Assembly (NCBI GenBank): GCA_902627495.1 | Contig: CACOJS010000001.1 | Span: forward strand, 76,113 to 140,112 | Source of the DNA: Hydrogenophilales bacterium | Lineage (GTDB): Bacteria > Pseudomonadota > Gammaproteobacteria > Burkholderiales > Eutrophovitaceae | Length of the DNA stretch: 64,000 bases | Direction of reading: 5' to 3' | In this document: positions 57,655 through 64,000 of the stretch, one piece after another | How positions within the stretch are numbered: position 1 is the first letter of the stretch | Layout: each line of letters starts with the position of its first letter | The notes under the pieces: model-generated | Told to the model about the DNA's origin: nothing | Databases searched by the model: none | The model's input: the letters and a program-made list of their open reading frames with translations, nothing else | Position numbers and translations under genes: made by a program

Positions 57655-58940
57655 AAATTTGTATCAAAGGTGGCCGGGTTATAGACCCGGAGAGTGATGG
57701 GGATAAGGTGCAAGATGTTTTTATATCTGACAGTATTATAGTCGGGATAGGTCAGTCCCCAAGAGGTTTTATGGCTGACAAAATTATAAACGCGTCACGC
57801 CTTGCAATATGCCCTGGCCTTGTTGATGTCTCTGTTAGAGTTGGGGGGCATGGTAGTGAGTTTAAAACCACGTTGGAACAAGAGTTGAGATCGGCTTTGG
57901 CTGGCGGGGTAACTAAACTAGGCTGTCCTCCAGATACTACACCAGTACTTGATCAACCCGGCTTGGTAACAATGCTGCGGGAGAGGGCAACTGCTCTTAA
58001 TAGTGCAAAAATTTTCCCGATTGGGGCAATGACGCAATCTTTATCGGGAAAACTTTTGGCCGAGATGGCTGCTTTATCTGACGCTGGATGTGTTGCTTTT
58101 TCCCAAGGGGATGGTGTGCTACCTGATGCTGCAGTGTTAAAGAAAGCGATGGAGTATGCTGCGACATTTAGTTTCAGAATATTTCTGAGACCACAAGAGA
58201 GGTCTCTTGGGAATCGAGGTATTGCCCATGAAGGTTCTGTTTCTACTAGACTCGGTCTCCCTGGGGTTCCTGTCATTGCAGAAACCTTAGCAGTTTCAAA
58301 TATCTTGATGCTAGCTAAGGAGACAGGTGCTATGGTGCACCTCAGCAAGTTATCTAGTTATGCGGCAGTTGAGTTGGTCCGAAATGCAAAACAGGATGGT
58401 GTTGATGTCACATCTGATGTATCAGTTCATAATTTGCATCTTTGTGATATCGATATTGGATATTTTGATACTAATTTCAATTTGTGCCCTCCTCTTAGAG
58501 CTTCTAGAGACAAAGATGCCCTTCGAGAGGGGCTTAGAGACGATACGGTTAACCTAATCTGTTCAGATCATTATCCAGTTAGTCAAGATCAAAAAAATGT
58601 ACCATTTGCTGAGGCAATTCCGGGTGCCAGTAGTGTAGAGTTGTTATTGCCTCTGACTTTGCAGTGGGCTCGGGAAGAAGGGCAGACATTATTAAAGGCC
58701 GTCACTCAAATAACCTCCAATCCATCACATGTTCTGGGAATTTCTCCATCAAGTATTTCAATAGGAGAAGTGGCTGATTTATGTATTTTTGATCCCGAAC
58801 ATCCTTGGATAGTGTCAGATAAATCATTGGTAAGTGCTGGTAAGAACACTCCTTTTATCAATAAAGAATTAGTTGGACGAGTTTTGTGCACGATAGTGGA
58901 AGGAAGAATAGCTTACGATCCTGACGAGATTTGTGCATGA
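57651..58940 (+). CDS. pyrX: Dihydroorotase-like protein, probably the non-catalytic PyrC' (PyrX) partner of ATCase
   Basis: It has the amidohydrolase fold. The canonical D.H.H metal motif reads [12 protein letters not shown] (HxH replaced by S.R), and the later H..H.S motif reads VHLSKLSS. It is translationally coupled to pyrB. Confidence 0.8.
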   Translation: MKICIKGGRVIDPESDGDKVQDVFISDSIIVGIGQSPRGFMADKIINASRLAICPGLVDVSVRVGGHGSEFKTTLEQELRSALAGGVTKLGCPPDTTPVLDQPGLVTMLRERATALNSAKIFPIGAMTQSLSGKLLAEMAALSDAGCVAFSQGDGVLPDAAVLKKAMEYAATFSFRIFLRPQERSLGNRGIAHEGSVSTRLGLPGVPVIAETLAVSNILMLAKETGAMVHLSKLSSYAAVELVRNAKQDGVDVTSDVSVHNLHLCDIDIGYFDTNFNLCPPLRASRDKDALREGLRDDTVNLICSDHYPVSQDQKNVPFAEAIPGASSVELLLPLTLQWAREEGQTLLKAVTQITSNPSHVLGISPSSISIGEVADLCIFDPEHPWIVSDKSLVSAGKNTPFINKELVGRVLCTIVEGRIAYDPDEICA

Positions 58941-59710
58941 AGGTATCAACGTGGAATGTGAATTCCATCCGAGTCAGGATGCCGCATCTAGTGGACTGGT
59001 TAAGGGAAGACCTGCCAGATGTTGTGGCCTTGCAAGAAACCAAGGTCGAAGACATATCTTTTCCCAAAGAAGACATAGAAAATCTTGGTTACACTGCTGT
59101 CTTCTCTGGACAGAAGTCTTATAATGGGGTAGCTTTTTTATTTCAAAAAACTAATAAGCCTGAGTTAATAAAAACCCCGAGCTTTTTTGATAGCCAAAAA
59201 AGAATTATAGCTATAAATTTGGAGGACTTAGTTTTTATTAATATCTATGTGCCAAATGGAAGTAGTGTCGGTTCGGAAAAATACGAATATAAGCTCCAGT
59301 GGCTAAGTGCCTTGGTAGATTGGTTGAAAAAGACTTTTTCCAAAAATTCCAAATTGGTATTAATGGGAGATTTTAATATTGCCCCCAATGATATTGATGT
59401 ACATGATCCGGAAGTGTGGAAAGATAAAATCTTGTGTAGCATCCTTGAGCGCCAGGCGTTCAAAGATATAATTGATCTGGGATTTTACGATGCCTACCGT
59501 TTAGTTCACAAAGATGGCAGGGCTTTTACTTGGTGGGATTACAGATTAAATGGTTTTAGGAGAAATTTTGGCCTTAGAATCGATCATATTTTAGTATCTG
59601 ACCAGCTAAGGGAGAGTCTAGTCAAGGTGGAAATAGCAAAAAATCTCAGAGCCCTAGATCGACCGTCTGACCATGCACCTGTAGTTGCCAGCTTCTCCAC
59701 GTACCTCTAG
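58937..59710 (+). CDS. xthA: Exodeoxyribonuclease III
   Basis: WNVNSIR, LQETK, GDFNIAP and SDHAPV motifs. ATG 58937 overlaps the pyrC' stop (ATGA). Confidence 0.93.
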   Translation: MKVSTWNVNSIRVRMPHLVDWLREDLPDVVALQETKVEDISFPKEDIENLGYTAVFSGQKSYNGVAFLFQKTNKPELIKTPSFFDSQKRIIAINLEDLVFINIYVPNGSSVGSEKYEYKLQWLSALVDWLKKTFSKNSKLVLMGDFNIAPNDIDVHDPEVWKDKILCSILERQAFKDIIDLGFYDAYRLVHKDGRAFTWWDYRLNGFRRNFGLRIDHILVSDQLRESLVKVEIAKNLRALDRPSDHAPVVASFSTYL

Positions 59711-59721
59711 GTAATTGTAGA

Positions 59722-61113
59722 TCAACTTTTGTCTTCAATTCCCAATTCTTTTATCTTTCTGGTGAGAGTGTTTCTTCCCATGCCCAGTAATTTAGAAGCT
59801 TCTATTCGACGTCCTCGTGTGAAAACAAGAGACTGATTAATTAAAGTTCTTTCAAAATCTTTGTTAAACTCCGTTAAAATATTTAGACCGCCACTATTCA
59901 ATCTTTGGGTGGCTTCTTCTTTCAATGCTTGGATCCAGGATCTATTATCCAAATTTTTATTTTGGTTCAACAAGTCTGGCGGAAGATCTTTGATGCCCAC
60001 AGAACGGCCAGGTGACATTACGGTTACCCAGTGACAAGCATTTTCTAGTTGCCTGACATTTCCTCGCCATTCGAGTTGCCGTAAGAATGCTAGAGTATCA
60101 CCAGTAAATTCTTTAGAGTCAACACCAAGTTCGGTGGCACTTTTCTCTAGAAAAAATTTTGCTAATATATCAATGTCTTCTCGTCGATCTTTCAGTTCAG
60201 GCACCTCCAGCCGTATAACATTCAGCCTATGAAAAAGGTCTTCCCGGAAGAAACCGTTGTTTACACGACTCGATAAATTTTGATGTGTTGCAGCAATGAT
60301 TCTTACATTTGCTCTTATTAATTGGTGCCCCCCAACTCTGTAATAATGGTTATCGGAAATAACTCTGAGTAGCCTAGTTTGTAAGTCGGGAGGCATATCT
60401 CCAATTTCATCAAGGAATAGGGTTCCTCCTGCCGCTTGCTCAAACCTTCCGGTGCGGGCAGATTGTGCTCCGGTAAAAGATCCTTTTTCATGTCCAAATA
60501 ATTCAGATTCTAAGAGATCTTTAGGAATTGCTGCCGTGTTGATAGCAATGAAGGGGGCATTTGACCTTTTGCTGTGTCGGTGCAGAGCTTTTGCTACAAG
60601 CTCTTTTCCTGTACCAGAGGCCCCCGTTATTAAGACGGTTGATAGTGATTGAGACAATTTTCCTATTGCCCGGAAAAGATCTTGCATTGCTGAAGATTGA
60701 CCCAACATATCATGGTTTTGGGTACCAATCTCTTTATCAAGTGCTACTGTAGTGTTTTCTTCTGCAGCCCTCTTTATCAACTTGACGGCATGATCAAGAT
60801 CAAAAGGTTTTGGGAGGTAATCAAAGGCACCGTCTTGGAATACAGCTACAGCACTTTCTAGATCAGAGTAAGCTGTCATTATAATTACAGGGGGGGTTTG
60901 GTTTCTTTTATTTAGCTGTCTTAGCAGGTCGAGACCAGATAGTCCTGGCATACGAATATCGCTAACTATGACCAGAGGGGAAGATGTATCAAGTCCTTTA
61001 AGGGCCTGCTCGGCTGATGAAAATAATAAAGTAGGAATCCCTTCTCTGCTTAACGCCTCTTTCAGAGTAAATCTAATGGACGCTTCATCATCAATAATCC
61101 AGACAGATTTCAT
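59722..61113 (-). CDS. ntrC: Nitrogen regulation response regulator NtrC (sigma-54 activator)
   Basis: Receiver domain (SDIRMPG, Asp54-like). AAA+ domain with GASGTGKE and ESELFGHEKGSFTGA (GAFTGA loop). C-terminal Fis-type HTH. Confidence 0.94.
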   Translation of the reverse strand: MKSVWIIDDEASIRFTLKEALSREGIPTLLFSSAEQALKGLDTSSPLVIVSDIRMPGLSGLDLLRQLNKRNQTPPVIIMTAYSDLESAVAVFQDGAFDYLPKPFDLDHAVKLIKRAAEENTTVALDKEIGTQNHDMLGQSSAMQDLFRAIGKLSQSLSTVLITGASGTGKELVAKALHRHSKRSNAPFIAINTAAIPKDLLESELFGHEKGSFTGAQSARTGRFEQAAGGTLFLDEIGDMPPDLQTRLLRVISDNHYYRVGGHQLIRANVRIIAATHQNLSSRVNNGFFREDLFHRLNVIRLEVPELKDRREDIDILAKFFLEKSATELGVDSKEFTGDTLAFLRQLEWRGNVRQLENACHWVTVMSPGRSVGIKDLPPDLLNQNKNLDNRSWIQALKEEATQRLNSGGLNILTEFNKDFERTLINQSLVFTRGRRIEASKLLGMGRNTLTRKIKELGIEDKS

Positions 61114-61119
61114 AGACCT

Positions 61120-62184
61120 TTATATCTCTTTAAACGTAATAGGTAAAATAATAGAGAACACTGTATCCCCTGGTTTGCTCTGCATGAGTACAGCCCCATG
61201 GTTTTGATTGATCAGTTTCTGGGCTAAGAAAAGACCTAATCCTGATCCGTTTTTTCTGCCCGAGATCAACGGTGAAAATATTTTGTTCTTGATTTCTTCT
61301 GGTATGCCGGGGCCGTTATCTCTCACACTAATTTTGACGGCTAAAGGGTGCAATTTTTTTAAGAGAGTTACTTGTCTTATTACCTCTGTGCTAATAGTAA
61401 TTTTACCAGTATCTTTGATAGCTTGAGAGGCATTTCGAACAACGTTTAGCATAGCTTGAATAATTTGTTCTTTATCAGCGATTACGCTCGGAAGGCTAAC
61501 ATCAAAGTTTTCTTTATACCCGATCGTCTTAGGAAATTCAGCTTGAGTTAGGTCAGTTACCCGGCGTATAGCTTCGTGGACATTAAATTGCTGGATAGTT
61601 GGCAGCTTTGTAGGGATTAGCAAGCGATCTAAAAGTTTGTGTAGCCTATCAGCTTCAGAAATTATTACATCGGTAAATTTTTTTGTATCTCTATTTAGAT
61701 TATCGGAGGCTAACAATTGAGCAGCTCCCCTAAGACCACCCAATGGGTTTTTTATCTCGTGTGCGAGATTTCGAATCAGTTCATGATTACCTTTGGCTTG
61801 GTTAAGCATCTGCTCATCTCGCTGTATTTTTTGCAGTTGTCGGTTTACGGTATTGAACTCCAGCAAAAATCCAGGTTTACCAAGAATATTAGTTGGAGAA
61901 GCCATAGTGGAGAAGTCCAGGACCTCATTTTCGTCTAATTTGAGAGACAATATATTAGTTGTTTGATCAAGTGACTTAAAAGTGCAATCGTTTTCAGAGG
62001 CTAAGCTTATAATTTCATTAATAATATTAGGGCTAATGAAGACGGAATCTATTACTTTGTCCAGCAAATTTTTTGTACTAGTGTTAAAAAAATTTTCCGC
62101 GGATGGGTTCGCATAGCGAATAATCCTTGAAGAGTCTAAAATCATCATTGCTGTCGCAGCAGCATCCAGACCGGAGAATTTCAT
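61120..62184 (-). CDS. ntrB: Nitrogen regulation sensor histidine kinase NtrB
   Basis: N-terminal PAS domain. H-box LAHEIKNPLGG. N/G boxes (DNGPGI, GSGLGL). Confidence 0.93.
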   Translation of the reverse strand: MKFSGLDAAATAMMILDSSRIIRYANPSAENFFNTSTKNLLDKVIDSVFISPNIINEIISLASENDCTFKSLDQTTNILSLKLDENEVLDFSTMASPTNILGKPGFLLEFNTVNRQLQKIQRDEQMLNQAKGNHELIRNLAHEIKNPLGGLRGAAQLLASDNLNRDTKKFTDVIISEADRLHKLLDRLLIPTKLPTIQQFNVHEAIRRVTDLTQAEFPKTIGYKENFDVSLPSVIADKEQIIQAMLNVVRNASQAIKDTGKITISTEVIRQVTLLKKLHPLAVKISVRDNGPGIPEEIKNKIFSPLISGRKNGSGLGLFLAQKLINQNHGAVLMQSKPGDTVFSIILPITFKEI

Positions 62185-62326
62185 CTACTGTGAGTTCCTA
62201 CTTTACTTAGGTTCCTTACTAAAATATGATTTCCCGTCATAGAACTTAACTTGATTCTATGCCTACCTATCCCTTCCCCAAAAACTACTAATGTAACTTG
62301 GCAAAGGATGTCTTACAAAATTAGAT

Positions 62327-63739
62327 TCAAGAACCATAATACATATCAAACTCTACGGGATGGGTGGTCATCCTAAACCGATTAACCTCTTCTGATTTGA
62401 GTTCTATGAATGAGTCAATCATGCTATCTGAGAAGACTCCCCCTGCAGTTAGAAAGCCTCGGTCCTCGTCTAGGTGGTCAAGGGCTCGACGCAAAGAGAA
62501 GCATACTGAGGGCAATTTTGCCGCTTCTTCTGGACCCAAATCGTAAAGATTTTTCTCGGTCGCCTCGCCAGGGTCAATCTGGTTCTTTACGCCGTCTAGC
62601 CCTGCCATTAGCAATGCCGAAAAGTATAGGTAAGGGTTAGCCATAGCATCCCCAAATCGCACCTCAACTCTTTTAGCTTTGGCATTAGGCACAAAAGGTA
62701 TACGGCAGGCAGCGGACCTATTTCTTGCCGAGTAGCACATGTAAATGGGAGCTTCAAAGCCTGGTACCAATCTTTTGTAGGAGTTTGTGGTAGGGTTACC
62801 TAAGGCGTTTAATGCTTTAGCATGTTTGATTATTCCACCGATATAGTGAAGGGCAAACTGAGAGAGACCCGCATATTTGTCCCCCGCAAAAAGATTCTCA
62901 CCATTTTTCCAAACAGATTGGTGGACGTGCATACCCGAACCATTATCATCAATTACAGGTTTAGGCATAAAGGTAGCCGTTTTTCCGTAGGCGGCTGCCA
63001 CATTCCATACAGTGTACTTGAGCGATTGGGTCCAATCTGCCCGTTTTACTAAGCTGTTAAATTTTGTGCCAATCTCGCATTGGCCTGAAGCCGCCACCTC
63101 ATGGTGGTGGACCTCAACCTCAATTCCCTGTTTCTCTAACTCTACACAGATCGCATTTCTTATATCTTGTAATGAATCAGTTGGCGGAACTGGGAAATAC
63201 CCTCCTTTTACTGGGGCTCGGTGTCCCATGTTTCCACCATCAAATTCAATAGAGCTTGACCAAGGTGCTTCTTCAGAGAATATTTTTACCGAACTTCCTG
63301 ACATGTCAACATTCCAAGTAACCCCATCGAATATAAAAAACTCAGGCTCAGGACCGAAGTAAGCTACATCTCCTAAACCTGAGGATTTGAGATAACTCTC
63401 AGCTTTTTGAGCTACGGTCCTAGGATCTTTATCATATCCTTCCCCACTGATTGGATCTCTCACATCGCAAGTCAAATTAAGGACTACTTCATCTGTAAAG
63501 GGGTCAATTCTAGCTGTTTCCACATCTGGATAGAGAAGCATGTCGGAGGCTTGAATTCCCTGCCAACCAGCGATAGACGACCCATCAAATGGATGACCAT
63601 CCTCAAATTTAGCTTCACTAAACGCAGAAACAGGAACGCTAACGTGCTGTTCCTTCCCGCGCGTGTCTGTAAATCTTAGATCGACAAACTTTACGTCATT
63701 ATCTTTTATCATTGCCATTATATCGGATACTGATGCCAT
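62327..63739 (-). CDS. glnA: Glutamine synthetase type I
   Basis: GS-I motifs ([18 protein letters not shown]). Adenylylation-site context [11 protein letters not shown] prefer the ATG at 63739, which has a GGGGAG SD 7 nt upstream. The ORF-track start at 63754 is 5 codons earlier. Confidence 0.96.
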   Translation of the reverse strand: MASVSDIMAMIKDNDVKFVDLRFTDTRGKEQHVSVPVSAFSEAKFEDGHPFDGSSIAGWQGIQASDMLLYPDVETARIDPFTDEVVLNLTCDVRDPISGEGYDKDPRTVAQKAESYLKSSGLGDVAYFGPEPEFFIFDGVTWNVDMSGSSVKIFSEEAPWSSSIEFDGGNMGHRAPVKGGYFPVPPTDSLQDIRNAICVELEKQGIEVEVHHHEVAASGQCEIGTKFNSLVKRADWTQSLKYTVWNVAAAYGKTATFMPKPVIDDNGSGMHVHQSVWKNGENLFAGDKYAGLSQFALHYIGGIIKHAKALNALGNPTTNSYKRLVPGFEAPIYMCYSARNRSAACRIPFVPNAKAKRVEVRFGDAMANPYLYFSALLMAGLDGVKNQIDPGEATEKNLYDLGPEEAAKLPSVCFSLRRALDHLDEDRGFLTAGGVFSDSMIDSFIELKSEEVNRFRMTTHPVEFDMYYGS

Positions 63740-63793
63740 TTTACTGCTCCCCATGACTGAAATTATTATTGATTAACTAACAATGTTTCGTAC

Positions 63794-63808
63794 GCAGAAA
63801 GCATGCCT
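63794..63808 (-). promoter_or_regulatory. Sigma-54 promoter of glnA (glnAp2-type)
   Basis: The minus strand reads AGGCAT-GCTTT-CTGC. GG and GC have exact -24/-12 spacing. It lies about 55-70 nt upstream of the glnA ATG. Confidence 0.7.
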
Positions 63809-63871
63809 GGGTACTATAGTCTATAATATTCAGATGCTTATAGATTCTGGAAAGCAGAAATCACTCAATGT

Positions 63872-63888
63872 TGCACTAATATAGAGCA
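63872..63888. promoter_or_regulatory. NtrC-type enhancer box 1 (TGCACTAATATAGAGCA)
   Basis: A 17-bp element matching TGCACCA-N3-TGGTGCA at TGCAC.A...T.G.GCA. Its centre is about 98 bp upstream of the predicted start. Confidence 0.55.
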
Positions 63889-63901
63889 ATTTTAACAGAA
63901 A

Positions 63902-63918
63902 TGCATTTATTTGGTGCA
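63902..63918. promoter_or_regulatory. NtrC-type enhancer box 2 (TGCATTTATTTGGTGCA)
   Basis: The right half TGGTGCA is perfect and the left half begins TGCA. It is centred 30 bp (about 3 helical turns) from box 1, like the paired sites of enteric glnAp2. Confidence 0.6.
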
Positions 63919-64000
63919 TTTTTTTGCAAGAAATCGCCTTTCTCTTTTAAAAATCATTTGGTAAGGTTAAGTATCCCTTACGAGCTCATCTTTATTTTAA

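Noticed and set aside
62238-62261. An inverted repeat CATAGAA-N10-TTCTATG in the glnA-ntrB spacer, considered as a partial terminator or attenuator.
   Set aside because: It is a 7-bp AT-rich stem with a 10-nt loop and no adjacent U-run. This is not enough to call.

Overview
This is an AT-rich, very gene-dense chromosomal segment. By my tally of the gaps it is about 95% coding, and many start/stop codons overlap. The gene content and local synteny look like the core genome of a streamlined betaproteobacterium. The supporting blocks are gshB-EIIA-HPr-EI, glnK-amt, glyQ-glyS-gmhB-plsC-lptM-lysA, lnt-corC-ybeY-phoH-miaB, rpe-gph-trpEGDC, a porin ending ...GIKHAF, lptFG divergent from pepA-holC-valS, algH-ruvX-pyrR-pyrB-pyrC', and glnA-ntrB-ntrC.

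I call about 62 CDS, one tRNA (anticodon CAU), two Rho-independent terminators, two sigma-54 promoters (glnA, glnK) and two NtrC-type enhancer boxes. I see no transposase, integrase, phage gene, CRISPR array, restriction-modification or toxin-antitoxin genes, rRNA, or obvious horizontally acquired island.

I do not find a convincing novel multi-gene system. The leads worth a second look are:
- A repeat plus anti-SD plus terminator structure in the unusually long amt 3'UTR, which is a candidate 3'UTR-derived sRNA of the nitrogen regulon.
- A DUF2889 gene and a racemase-like CoA-transferase translationally coupled to the end of the leucine-catabolic (mccA, HMG-CoA lyase) operon.
- A lipoprotein gene with a textbook signal peptide and strong SD but no canonical start codon. 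It is followed by an unknown bitopic membrane protein, and the pair sits between the porin and valS.
- A run of secreted HExxH peptidase, amidase and unknown secreted protein.
- An unannotated LptM-like mini-lipoprotein upstream of lysA.
- A degenerate PyrC' that lacks the HxH metal ligands.

All functional calls come from motif recognition by eye and from gene context. No database search was run.
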